Assembly: GCA_905178155.1 (NCBI GenBank)
Contig: CAJINV010000004.1
Span: forward strand, 9,205,159 to 9,269,158
Reading direction: 5' to 3'
DNA from: Amoebophrya sp. A120
Taxonomy: Eukaryota > Protista > Dinoflagellata
DNA: 64,000 bases
In this document: positions 50,801-63,672 of the stretch, piece by piece
Layout of the letters: every line of letters starts with the position of its first letter
Numbering within the stretch: the stretch's first letter is position 1
The notes under the pieces: model-generated
Databases searched by the model: none
What the model saw: only the letters and a program-made list of their open reading frames with translations
Told to the model about the DNA's origin: nothing
Translations under genes and position numbers: made by a program

Positions 50801-53579
50801 ATCGTACTCGTACTAATCGCAATAATGCATGACAAATCTAGTTTCTAAACCTGAATCTGCATGAATAACAAGACCCACGCGTGGGGACAGGGTCCCCACG
50901 CTGGGGCCTTGTGCCCGCCCCTAGTGGCGCTAGTGGGGGAAGGGTGTTCGCCATCGGGGCGGACAGCGTCCGCCCCTCGCCTCACACCAGGCGCGCGCAT
51001 AGTGACTTAGTGCGCGAAACGCTAGTGGGGGAGGGGTGTTCGCCATCGGGGCGGACAGCGTCCGCCCCTCGCCTCACACCAGGCGCGCGCATAGTGACTT
51101 AGTGCGCGAAACGCTAGTGGGGCAAGGGTGTTCGCCATCGGGGCGGACAGCGTCCGCCCCTCGCCTCACACCAGGCGCGCGCATAGTGACTTAGTGCGCG
51201 AAACGCTAGTGGGGGAAGGGCCCTCACCTGTCGCGGCCACCTGTCGCGCCCACCTGTGATGGCCACCTGTCGCGGTCACCTGTCGCGGTCACCTGTCGCG
51301 GTCACCTGTCGCGGTCACCTGTCGAGGTCACCTGTCGAGGTCACCTGTCGAGGTCACCTGTCGCGGTCACCTGTCAAGGTCACCTGTCGCCGGGGGTATG
51401 CGTTACCAGAACCCGGAAGTCAAGCAATGTAAATATTAATTGCACTTTGCTTCTTGGCAAAATTTGTCATGTGAGTCATACTAGTACGATACTTTTGCAA
51501 TGCATAGATGCAGGACAAGAACAAAATACCGCCCACCGTGGACCACGCCTTTCACCCGACCATCAACGCGAAGTCGAGCAAGATCGCGAATAGAAAATCG
51601 TTGCACGAGTTGTCGTAGGAACTGTAAAAGTAACGTACTCATATAAAGTGCATTACAAATTTTGGCAAGAAGAAAAGTGGAATTTATGAATGCTGTTTTA
51701 CCTTAGGAGGGAGATTTGTCATGCATATTTGCAATTAGTACGAATGCGGTACTTTTACAGTTCATATGTCTGTGGGGGATCTGGAGCGGAAACGCGAAAA
51801 GGTGAAACAGTTGAAGGAGCTATCCTGTGCAAAAGTATCGTACTCGTATTGCAATCATGCATTACAAATTTCTTTCTCAAGTCAAATCCGCATTACAAAT
51901 TTTATTTCTCATGCTGAGAAAATTTGTAATGCATTTATACGAGTACGATACTTTTGCAGTTCATAGGAGCAGCGGGACAGCAAATATCAAACGTAAATAT
52001 GTCCTGGTCTGGAAGGATCCGAACTTGTGATGTGTGTTTCGGATCCTACAAAGATCTGTGATGCATAGCGTGCAAAAGGTGCCCACTCCTGGCCATGCTG
52101 AGAGGGCATTTCTCATGCAGAATACGCATCACCAAGGAGCTGCAGAACCTGTGATGCTAGGCCCTGCATTCCAGACGTCGGGGAGCTTGGAACAACTGCA
52201 TGACCACAAATCTCGGAATCTCCCAGACCCAAACATATTTGCATCTGATAGCAAAGAATTCGAGACGATCATCCAGACGAAGGTGGACACAGAAGCGAAA
52301 TTAAAAAAAGCGAAGCAGTACGACGCGGTGGAGCCCCGGACGCAACCGTACCGGAGCTACTACATCAACCAACTGCGGGAGAAGCATATGAAATGCAAAA
52401 GCATCGTACTAGTATAAATCGCATGACAAATCCCCTCAGCACGAAAAGTGGAATTTGTAATGCGGATTTAGGTTAAGAAGGAGATTTGTAATGCATGACT
52501 ACGATTACTACGAGTACGATACTTTTGCACAGGATAAAGCAGCAGAAAGTAGACGAAAAAAGGGAAAAGGACAAGCAGCAAAGGGAGGAAAAGGAACTGA
52601 AAGAGTGTATCCTGAGTAAAAATGACCCCACACCAGAGTCAAGATGGGAAATCCGCTAGACAAATTAGCCACCCCTGGTTGTTTCGCATGACAAGTTTAT
52701 CCTCGTAGCGTAGTCCTGTTTAGCTACTTCCGAAGCATTACAGATGTAGCGCGTCATGCTGATTCTAGCATCAGAAATTCCAAAACAGGATTAGATAGAA
52801 AATGGCTCTCTTGGGGCTTCGCATGAGAAACTTTTTTGGCATGCAGATTTGCATGACAACTCTGGGGTGGGGACATTTTTACTCAGGATAGAGTGCCGGT
52901 TCCAGCCAAAACTTGTCGCGGAAAACTACTTCAAGAAGTTGGTCAACAGCGGCGCGCACTACAACAGTAGTTCTAACTTGGGAGCAGGAGGTCCAGGTGG
53001 TGGTGGTAATTTGGGTCAACAGCAGCAACAGCCGTCGCGGAGTTTGTTTCTAAAACCACCCGCGATGCCCCCGAACGGTTCTGCAGCTGGTGCTGCCACG
53101 ATGCTGCGGTCGTCAAAAGGCTCTTCTGTCACGAACAACATCGGAACGACAGACGCTGGCTCGTCTGCGGCGGGGGAGGTGATGCAGGAGGAGCATAACC
53201 GCGACTCAAGAGAAACTACTGCACCGTTCGTTATGGGAGGTGGAGCACAAAATAGCCATGCGGAGAGTGGAGGGGCGGCGAATGTTGGTACTGGTATGTC
53301 TTTACTGCTGTGCAAGTGCAGATTTTTGCGCTTTTTGAAAATGCAAGGAGAATCATGCATGGTCTGTGCATGATAAAGACATGAAAATTCTTCAACTTCA
53401 AATCAAGTTGTACGATACGAGATGAAAACAATTTACAGGGACTAGCAGCACCGCAAATAATCGCAGAAACGGTCCTCCCCCCATCGAAGGCGTCATGGGC
53501 TAGGCAAGACACTCGGATGGACGAGCTGGTACTAGTAAGGAGAAAAATGCACAACGATGAAGAAATTTGGTCTAGATAG
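47867..53579 (+). CDS. Hypothetical coiled-coil protein with repeated ECxFxP motifs; 4 GT-AG introns and 6 element introns
   Basis: In-frame joins via introns 48013-48189, 48803-48912, 49879-50015 and six elements. Motifs ECVFEPN, ECTFRPNL, FSFRPKVN, FQPSIN, FHPTIN and ECRFQPKL. The last exon is uncertain. Confidence 0.7.
48013..48189 (+). other. Canonical GT-AG intron
   Basis: GTATTT...TCACAG; in frame. Confidence 0.7.
48803..48912 (+). other. Canonical GT-AG intron
   Basis: GTAAAA...ATGCAG; in frame. Confidence 0.75.
49879..50015 (+). other. Canonical GT-AG intron
   Basis: GTACTC...ATACAG; in frame. Confidence 0.8.
50928..51220. repeat. 92-bp tandem repeat, about 3.2 copies, hairpin-rich
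   Basis: Units start at 50928, 51020, 51112 and 51204; each full unit contains GGGGCGGAC-AGC-GTCCGCCCC. Confidence 0.95.
51225..51390. repeat. 13-bp tandem repeat CACCTGTCGCGGT, about 13 copies
   Basis: Read directly from the sequence. Confidence 0.95.
51616..51766. mobile_element. Introner, family A
   Basis: Starts TAGG; repeat TGTCG/TGTCT. Confidence 0.85.
51821..51965. mobile_element. Introner, family A
   Basis: Repeat GGAGC. Confidence 0.9.
51985..52250. mobile_element. Introner, family B
   Basis: Repeat GCAAA. Confidence 0.88.
52387..52536. mobile_element. Introner, family A
   Basis: Repeat AAGCA. Confidence 0.9.
52608..52890. mobile_element. Introner, family F
   Basis: TATCCTGAGTAAAAATGACCCCACACCAGAGT and its inverse; repeat GAGTG. 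Confidence 0.9.
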
Positions 53580-54905
53580 AAGGCATCGATGTCGCAAAAA
53601 TGAAAAGTTGAAAATCTTTTTGAAATAGCACAGATTCGTGGAGGAGCGGCATACAACGCTTGCCGCTGACAAGTCTAACCACACTGAACAAATAAAGAGA
53701 TTATCGCGAAGCTAGAAGAAGAAGTCAACAAGAATCTGGTAAACCACACTGAACTTTTTCGCATTTTTTGTCGCCATAGAAAATTAGACGCAGAATTAGT
53801 CACGGAAAAAATGGCAGCACGCCCAGCGCTGCAGTGACTGACGATTGGAAGTAAAGAGATTGCGCAAAAACTTCTGGCCCATTTTGGGGGCGTTGAGAAC
53901 AAAATCAAAATCGTAAAAAATTTGGACGAGCTGAATCTGTTGTACCTACAATGGGCTTGGTATTGTATTTCTGATAAATCCACTTGATAGTGCTGTGTCT
54001 TGGCAAGGCTGTGGCCACGCAAGTGGGAGCTTGTCCGCACTAGTAATGTATTTCCTGTTGTTCTCCAAGTCGTTGTCGTGATACCCATGCAGCTACAGAT
54101 ACAGTAACAGTGCTTGAGGTTTGTTTCGTACGTTCCTTCGCTAAAGGAGTACAAAACAATCGGTCGCTTCACACAGCAACATCGGTGTCTACTTCCGTCG
54201 TAGCTTTGGCGCTTTTTCCTCGCGTTTTCAGTGTACTTAAAAGCGCTGGACGCATCATCTGCATCAACCTGCTATGCCTACGTCGGTCTTGCGATAATAA
54301 AGATATCGTGCTCGTATCGGTATCGCGCAGTTTTCATCAGATCTACATCGTCTTGTTTCGGTACTACTCCGTACTTACGTGATGTCCTGCGGGTACAGTG
54401 TCGTGTCATCTGCTCTGTTTACAAAGGAAGCGTCCACCTCTTCGTGCAATGTCAATGTATCGTGTCTCCAACGAGAAGTCGTACAGCTAGTACCACGCTA
54501 CCTTATTTGTCGTTCTCTCTCTTCGTAATCGTCTTGATGTAGAGGCGCGCAGCAGCAGATTATGATTACTTTTGCTCAACCACAGCAAATCCCCTTATTG
54601 AGAAATTCTACTCGCCCCAAATGCTAGTCTTATGTCATCAATCCCTTTCCCTATGTAGTCTTTCGTCTTTTGAATTTGAATTGACCCAAATTTTAAGTTT
54701 TAGAAGTACCCCATAAAAACTTTTTATCCCAGGAACACAATCAGGATGCTATGCAGAGCTTCAGTACGCAGACGCGGCGCTACAATAACGATCCTGAACC
54801 GCGCGGTGGAGCACCCGGCACACCCGTCCTGTTGAAGCGTCTCATAGCTCTTGCAGACATTTTGTAACCCGGAAAAACATCAATTTCGTATTAAAAAAAA
54901 ATAAA

Positions 54906-57900
54906 ATGCAAGCCCTCCTCGCGAAAATGTCTTCATCTGCCCCACCGGGACCGGGAGGGGACCAACCTGGCAGAAGAAGTAGCTCCACCCCGACCAATGC
55001 GTCGAAGAACAAGAAAGCCCTTGCGAAAGCGAAAGTCGAGGAGGAGTTTTTTAACAAGAAGTTTTGGTGCCCCCCAGACCTCGTCAAGGGCAGCATGGGA
55101 TTCACCTTCAAGGATAGCACGATCACCAAGATCGAACCCGGGAAGTGGGCCGACAGCGCTGGGCTTAGAGTTGGGGACGAAATCGTGTTAATCGAGACCA
55201 TACCAAGTGCAAAAATGTCTGGGTCTGGAAGAATGCAACTTGTGATGCTACATTTGGATTCCAAAAAAATCTGTATTGCGTGAGTAGCAAAGGGAATGCA
55301 ATTTTTGCTACGCTGAGAAGGCATTTGTCATGCGCAATAGGCATCAAGAATCCCTCAAAAAACCTGTGATGCTAGGGCATGCATCACAGACATCATGCCT
55401 CATGAAAACCCCGCATGACAAGTCTCAGAATCTTCCAGACCAAGACATTTTTGCATTTGATAGACCACCTTCGTCGGAAAAGATCCGATCGTGGAAACGG
55501 TCACCCGCCCGTTGAGACATATGGGAGCGTCAGGTTTGAAATCGTCAAAGTTGAATATAATTTGTAATGCATAAAATGCATGACCCGAGGCACGTGCGTT
55601 GCCGAGCAGGCAAGTGAGGCCGATTGTAAGCCTGTTTGGGGTTACAGCTCGAGCTGCTAAAGTAGCATGAGAAAATCGCTCTTCTTTGCCTAAACAGCAT
55701 GACAAACAGGACTTGGGGACCACCGACATTTGTCTTGCGCCACTTGGAAACTGGGTTCCAACTGGCATCCATTTTATGCATGACAAATTATTTCAACTTT
55801 GTCGATTTCAACTCTGACACATCCATAAGACACAGCAAAATGCTCTCGAAGTCAAGTACGGGGAGTAAGTCGTCTCTGGCGATAACAGATGGTAGTCCTA
55901 GTGCTAGTAGTCCTGGGGCGGCTGTCGTCCTTCCCGATCCGATGCGCAGTAGCCGGTCGGGCATATCTTCAAACATCCCGACAGGCCGCGGGTCGACTAC
56001 TTCTTCCGACGAACAGCTGTCTTCCGGAGTGGAAACCGAGGAGGTGAAGTTCACGCAGTTTGAGTGTTTGTCCCAAACGGAGAAAATCATCCGCTTAAAG
56101 AACAAAAAAGGCGTCGGATTTGTCATTACCCGGAAAATCCACGAAACCGACTTAGAAGAAGCCGCGATCAACCTGCAGGCGGCGTTTCGCGGAAGGAAAG
56201 AAAGGTCCACTTCGGTCGCGGTGGCGAAGAAGCAACAGCTGTTCGCCAACCCCTTTCGGATCGAGCACCCACCTTTATCGGTTCCGTTCGCGCTGCACCG
56301 AAGCGTGGAGCGGAATTTGCACAAGCAGCCGCCGTTGCGATCGGTGTCCGAAACGCCGAGACAGCGGATGATGGAGTTCCGAACCACGCTGAAGAAAGTG
56401 GATGAGTTCGACAGATATAATTCGTCGGCGTCGGGTCGTGGAAATGGTAATGACTTCAGATACGGAGAAGCAGGAACACTATCAGGAGGTCCGTTCTTTT
56501 CGTCTCTTCGTGGTCCTCCTCCTCCGCAAAGAGTTGTTGTTCCTGAAGGGGAAGCAGGTGGCATGTACATGTTGGACAGCGGAGAGGATGAAGACGAGGA
56601 TGCCAGCCGGCTTACCACCCCTCCCCCTCGAGGATCGACACCAAGAGGACAGACGCCAAGAAAGTCTTTGTCTTCCTCCAAAAACTCAACAGCAGACAAT
56701 AAACCGGGGGCTGTTTCCTCAACTCTAACCTTGAACCTTCCCGCCACCAGCTATCGAACCAGCGCTGCTGTGCGGTCCAGAGGACCTGGTAGCAGCTCGC
56801 AACAGCAAGAGCCCCCGATTTTGGAAGACAAGATGCAGAACGCGTTTCTCAAATCGGACTTCTTCGGCCGCGGGCGGCCTTCCTCGATTATCCCGGGAAG
56901 CGGTGCCATTTACGACCGAGAAGATTCCGTCCGGCAAGTGGCCGCGGCGACCACCCGACACAGCCTGCTGATCGACAAAATCGGGTTCACCGCGCAGGAC
57001 AGCAGCGGAAGGACTGTGCCCGTGGTTCCGCTTGGTGGATCAGTACCGCCCGTGCAGAAGTGCAGAATTTTGCCCCTTCCGCCCAAAAGCAAGACTTCGC
57101 CGAACTTGTTTGGTGACCCGAAGAAATTTGGGCAAGCTAATAGAGGAAATAATGCAGGGGTAATAGTCGGCTTGTCAGGCGACGCCGAGGACGAAGTTGA
57201 TGTTGATATCGCAGCGCAGACTCCGGTCAATGGCGATCTTCAAACTGGCAAGATAAAAACTTTTTTCAACAATGTGAAGGAAAATTTCGCTTCGAAATTG
57301 CAGGATGTGAAGGAAAAGGTGCAGGAAAAAAGGCAAATTTCAAGAGAAAAATCCCAGGAAAGGAGGGAAATTCTGATGGAAAAGGTGGAGAAAACAAAAG
57401 AGATTGTGAAGGGGAACGTCGATCTGGTAAAGGAGAAGCTGAAAATTCCGCGCAAAGAACGGGGAAGGAAAAATAAGCATCCGAAAGAAGGACCAGTGAC
57501 AGTTGAATCGGAGGGCGAGGACAGTCCGAGCGAGCCGTCAGAGGAAGACCTGGAGGCGGTCTTACGGCAGACGGAAACGGGAGGAGATTCAGTACAACTT
57601 CCTGGTGCTGCTTCTGCAAGCACGACTGCCGCTTCACCACAGTCAGGTTCCACAGCTGCAGGTCAGAACATCAAATTACCCTCGTCGTCATCTTCGACGA
57701 CAGTAACGAGGACGACACCATCCGGCTACAACAACAATAACCCAGCTTCCTTACGACCCACTGGGTCGTCCTCGTTGCAACCGGTCGGCGGAAGGACTAC
57801 AACTGAGGCTGCAGTAGATCCGCAACAAATTCGGGGCGGCGACACGACGAGGACTACAGGTACTAGTCCCTCCATGGCCAGTACGAAAATCTCAGAGAAT

Positions 57901-60900
57901 AACCGGGGAACGAATTCCCGACGTCAGAACGCCTCTGCAGATGTTCTCTCAGTCCCTGCCCCCAACAACGACCCCCTCGGAGGCCTGGATAGCACCTACG
58001 CGAACGTGCAGGCTTTTGAAACTTCCCTGCACGCCCTGGAGGGCTTGGAAGAGCAGAAAGCCACCGCGCAGGCACTGCTGGGGTCTAAGATGATTCACGC
58101 GTTGACGGTGGCGCACCAGGGGGAAGATCTGTTTAACTTCAACAGCCTGGCAACCCGGACGCAAAAGAGCAAAAGGGAAGACGATAGCAGTGGGAGCGAG
58201 GATGAGTTTACAGAGCCAAAGAATAAGACGAAGACCGCTAAGATGGACGATTTTTTGGGCAAGGAAGGAACCGTGTTCATCGACAAACAGACAAGCCGAA
58301 TCTCCCTGAACGCGCCCCACCCGGCGCAACATCAAAATCTTCAGAGCAACAAGTCTGTGAAGCACACTTCCCGGATTATCGACACCCAGTCCCCTTCCCA
58401 AGCCAGAATCACGGGGTTGAGCTCGCGGGACACCACCGCGGCGCAAGTGCTCCCGAGTTACACGGAAAGTCTACTTCCGGCGGATATGGTGGCGGAGTGG
58501 GAGGAGAACTTCGACTACGGGTATCCGCGGATCCAAGTCCCGCAGGCGGAATCGGATGAGTGGACTTTATCCTCCATGCTGCAGATCGTGAAGCACTGCC
58601 AAACCAGGCCGGAAATGCCGTTACACCCCTTGCTCGTCGTGCGGATGCTGGAAGACATCACGGAGAGCATGGACAAAAAGTACCCCACGCCCGTGAACTA
58701 TTTACAGATCCCGCGGAACGTCGTGGATGAGGAAGTTGTTGGGGGGGATGGTATCATGAGCAGTACTAGTTACAACAATAACGATATCACCGTTGACTAC
58801 GGGGCAAAAGATAACATTAACACGCTCCCTTCGTCCACCGCGAAAGCTTTCCATCACACCCCGTCTGCCGGTACAAATGCTTCTGGTTCGTCCGGCTCCA
58901 TTTTGAACAGCATCCGGCAGAAAGCGCAACAGTCGTCGGACCAGAAACTCGCGGAGAAGGTTCGGAAAATCCGGAAGTCCCGGCTGCCCTCGGTTCTAGA
59001 TTCCGACGCCATCTCCCGTCCGGGGCGCTTAATCGTCGTCGGGGACACGCACGGGCAGTTGACGGACGTGCTGTGGATTTTTTACAAAAACGGGCTACCC
59101 TCGCCCTCCAACGCTTATTTATTCAACGGCGACATCGCGGACCGCGGATTTTACGCGACCGAGATCTTTATGCTGGTGTACGGGTTCATGCTGTTATACC
59201 CCGAAGCGGTCCACATTAACCGCGGGAACCACGAGGATTTGAACATGAATTTAGACCCGAGGTGCGGCGGCTTTTACAAGGAGGTGATCCAGAAATACGG
59301 GCCGAATTTGGGCGAAATCGTGTTCAACACCTTTCTCAAAACCTACGCGATGCTTCCTTTAGCCACCGTGTTGGAGAAGAAGATTTTTGTCGTCCACGGC
59401 GGGTTGTCGAGAGTCCGTGAAGGGAATTTCGAACTACTACGATCGGCGATCGACAACCGGTCGATCTGCATGCCGGATTCCGTCCTGCAATCCGCGGACA
59501 TGGCCTTCGTCGACGCGCTGTGGGCGGACCCGAGCGACAACCCGGGGATTTCCAAATCTTCCCGGGGGCCTTCGATGATTTACTTCGGGCCGGATGTGAC
59601 GCGGCAGTTTTTGGAGGAAAACGGGTTTAAGCAAGTGATCCGGTCGCACCAACCGCCGAAGACGAAGGACGGCGTGAACTGGCACCATATGCATTGCAAA
59701 TATGTCTGGGTCTGGAAACTTGTAATGCTAAAAGTGTAAGTGAATGATGGACGCACTGCAATACGCAGCTATGCATGACAGACTTTTTGGCTGCCATCTC
59801 TTACGTATTCCGTTTCCGCATGGCAAACTGCGTTTTTGCATGACAGGTAAAAGGGCTTTTTCGTGGCTAAGTATGCAGCACAGATTCTCGATCTCGAGTC
59901 ATGCCAGACAAGCATGACAAATCTTGCATCCTTCCAGACCCAGACATATTTGCACTTGATACACCACGACGGCAAGCTAATCACGGTGTTTTCGGCGTCC
60001 AACTATTGCGGGTGGTACGGGAATCAGGGCGCCGTGCTGATCTTCACGCCGTATCAACAATCGAGAGCAAGCGCGCTCGTCGATGCCTTTCACGCACAGT
60101 ATCAACCCCAAGCATTGTCCAGGAGCATCACGCCGATTAGTACTATCGCGAGGCCGCCAGCACCTCCTGGGCTCGTACAAGGTAGTCCACCTGGTGCTGG
60201 TACCACGACGACCAAGGTCGTTCAGCTGGGCGGCCCAAGCAAGTTAACACCGAAAATCGGAGGTCTCCAATTCCAGCCCAGTTTCGAAAATATCGGGAAG
60301 CCGTCTGTGGGGAGCAATAATTCCAAAACCTCCCAACGGTCGGCGGATAATTTTGCGCATGACCCGTATCGGAACAGCAGTGGTAGCGACATGACCGAGA
60401 ACGACAATTGGGCCATGCCGGAGATGGAGGTTGTCCGTCATTTCTCGCCCACCTTTGAAGAGCTCCGAACCGTGGACATCTGCACAAACGACCTCCGCGG
60501 CATGCTGGATCTGCCGTCGTTTTTCCAGCACAAGATGAGACAAAACTTCGCGACGACGCAACTGGAAGTCTCTGCCCAACGCAAATTTCAGTCCCAGGGG
60601 TTGGCGGAGCGGTTGGATAGGCTGGTGTACGAAGTAAAATCGCGAATCGCTCGGTTGATTGTGGAGGAAAAACATTTCCTGTACAAAACCTTCGCGGAGT
60701 TCGAGCACGCAGCGTACCTGTCGAGAAATACGACGCAAATAACTGCGGGAACTTCATCCTCTTCTGGAGTTTTCGACTCAAATTTAGTCCAGGAATACAA
60801 GGTCAGCGAGGTAGACAAGGACGATATTACTTTAACTGCGGGGGGAGAAGAACCAGAACCAATCAGTGACCGTTTCCCAACGAAAAACCCAAGCGAAAGA

Positions 60901-63672
60901 ACCATGTCGGCATCGAGAGGCGGCTCGAAGCCGCCGCTGAATAATTTCCTCGCCCCCCCTGGGTCCATCACGGTCGAGCAGTGGCAGCAGGGGCTTTCTT
61001 CCGTGATGGGCACGGATGAGGTGGCGGAGGGGATCCCCTGGGCGCAGTTGAAGCAGGTTTTGCAGGTGGAAAACCCCTTGACAAAAATGGTGGACTACCC
61101 CATCCTGTTGTCCCGGTTCCGGGTGCTGATGCGAGAGATGGAACAGAATTCGGCCGAGAAGGAAAACCCGTTTAGCTTTCAAGCAAGGCAGTCGCGGCGG
61201 ACCTCCATGCGGATAGAACAAGAGGCGGGGGAACAAGAGGAGCTGCGTGCCTCGACCTCGGGTACTAACGCGATCTCAGTGAAGGACCGCATTTCCGGGT
61301 TTCTGTTTGGAAATAATAACAAAACCACCACCAAACCGGAGGGAGAGGCACAGACAAATGCGGACGCTGCCAGCAATAAGACCACCTCCGCCGGTAACCA
61401 GGCAGATTCCCCAGCGGACCGCAAGCGGAAGCGCCGTGAAATGCTGTTACATCAGTCAAGTTTAACGACAATGAGCAAGAATAACCTGATGCCCACCTCC
61501 GTGTTGACGAGAGCAGGCAGTAAAGATATGTCACGCGGCACCTCCGCTTCCCCATCAACCTCTGAGACCGAAGATGAGCAAAACCGGCGCACCAGCCGGG
61601 TGTTTACAGCCTCCCGACACCAGAAGTTCGGGGCCGACGGCAGCGGGGCGTCTTCTGTGGGAGGTCCACCTCCGTCGGACTCCAGACTGAGCAGCAATTA
61701 CCCTCTCAACGCTATCGCTAGAAGTAGTAACCGGTTGACGAGTGTTGACAATAGAACCTCCGTCCTAGCCGTTGCAAACACGAAGGCGGAATGGCTGGAG
61801 ACAATTTTGGCAAGGATGTTTGAGCAGTTGATGCTGGCAGACATCCCCTGGATGGAATTGGTTGCTGCGTTTTCCACCGGAGCGGAGGTGAATCAGGAGA
61901 GCATGTTGGTAACATTACCAGTTTTGCAACGGGTTCTGCAGCACGCAAGCCGGAAAACGAACACGGCGCCGGTTTTGTCGGAGCAGCAGGCCGGCGCGTT
62001 AATGCGGGTATTGTTGGAAACGAAGCGGAATGTTAATACCTACACAGGAGCTGGAGGTGCTGGTGACATCAATTCTGGCGAACAGCAGGGAACAGGCGAC
62101 GAACGAGATTCTTATGTCGATAATTCGTCGAGCAAAAAATCTCCAAAACGGGCACACACGTCTGCAAACTTGATCCAGATCGGCGGCAAAGGAACTACAG
62201 GGTCGAAAGACAGCAACAATAAACCGACTTCCAAGAGCCCCTCTAAGGGTGCGAGGAGAGCCGACGAAGAGGATGACGATGATAGAAATAGTACACCCGC
62301 CGCCTATGGTCCGAAAGCGAGGAAGAAAGCAAACACCAAAGGCACGGTTATGAGCTCCCTTCCGTCGAAGGGCACGACGACCCCGACCAGGCCCGGAGGC
62401 ACGCCAAACGAAATGAGAAGGACGAAATTGCTGAACCAAGGAATTACACAGCTCACCAAACAGCCTGCCGTCGTAGTCGGCCTCCCTTTAGCCGAGTTCC
62501 TACAACGGTTAGAGCAGTGCTACACGGGCTATAACGCATCCCGGCTGCACCAACACACCGGTACGGAAAGCGACTTGCGGGCGGAGCGGGCGTTGTCTTT
62601 AAAGTTCGGAAACTCCGCGATGGCGACGCTGTTGCGGCTGGTCGGACGGGAGTTGCGGTACAGCCGGAAATCGACGTTTGACTTATTCCGGGAAGCCGAC
62701 GTGTCGAGAACGGGGTATCTGAGCAAGGAAGAATTCACCAACGCGGTGCAGAAGTTGCTAAAGTCGGCTTTGAAAGGGCAGGATCATGCGGCAACCGGTA
62801 GCTCGCGTTCCCGAGTTTCCAATGGCAGCTCGGCGTCCTCGGCGGCAGTCGGGTGGACTATGTTGCAGCAACACGGAATCACCGAGCAACTGGTGGATGA
62901 GCTTTACACCGCGGTGGATTTGGGAGGGCAGAACCGCGTGAACTACTTGGAGTTTTTGTACTGTTTCTCCACTGTCGGCGGCGGGGAGGTGATCCGGTCC
63001 AGGGGGCGGAATAAGAGCAGCCACAGACTTAGCAATAATTTTCCCTTGATAGCAAATGCAAATTCAGCTAGTAATGTCAGTACCTCCATCGGAGCAGGTG
63101 GACATAGCAGGAGTAAAGCCGTACCCGGGGGCGCAGCAGGTGGAAGTTTCTCTGCACCACTATCCACCGGGCCGTCGGGCGACGCGATAATCCCAGCACT
63201 CGGGGACCTCCACAGTACCCCGAACCGGGGCCACAGCCGAGACAGTTTTGAGGAGTCGGATCCGCTACAGGAGGCGATAGAAGATCAAATTTACAGCGTC
63301 CTGTATAGCAACAAACAGTCATTACTGCAGGTTTTCCAGTTCTTCCAGTACTCCGCTAGTAACCACGCCATAAGGAGCAACGACAAAAATGCATCAACGA
63401 GGGATAGCAATAGAGCACAAAATAGGACAACCGCGACAGTAGGAGCAGCTGCAGCACCAACCAGCCCGACGAGAATCCGCGCGATACATTTCGTCAAATC
63501 CTTGAAGGCTTTAAACCTCGCGTTGAGTCTGAATAACCCACCGTTAACCAACGAACAGATACAGAGGATAGCCGATCACTTTGAGGATAGTGCAACAAAT
63601 ACTATAGACTATCAGGTGTTTCTAGACTCATTAGTCGTCGTAGACCTGCTAACCGGAGAATTTTTTGACTAA
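54906..63672 (+). CDS. PPEF/RdgC-like Ser/Thr protein phosphatase (~2635 aa): PDZ-like N-terminus, IQ motif, PPP catalytic domain, EF hands
   Basis: PPP motifs GDTHGQ, GDIADRG, RGNHE, HGG, LWADP, IRSH and (after element removal) WHHDGKLITVFSASNYC. IQ-like AAINLQAAFRGRKER. EF loops DVSRTGYLSKEEF and DLGGQNRVNYLEF. Confidence 0.9.
55201..55462. mobile_element. Introner, family B
   Basis: Repeat GACCA; reverse orientation relative to 184-478. Confidence 0.9.
55520..55827. mobile_element. Introner, family C
   Basis: Repeat AGACA. Confidence 0.9.
59688..59961. mobile_element. Introner, family B (second interior type), inside the PPP catalytic domain
   Basis: Repeat CACCA; restores WHHDGKLITVFSASNY. 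Confidence 0.92.

Larger units (their letters stand above)
50785..51506. mobile_element. Introner, family A, with a nested tandem-repeat insert
   Basis: A TIRs; repeat GATGC. Confidence 0.88.

Noticed and set aside
50928-51390. CRISPR-like array
   Set aside because: The units are head-to-tail with no unique spacers, there are no cas genes, and the context is eukaryotic.
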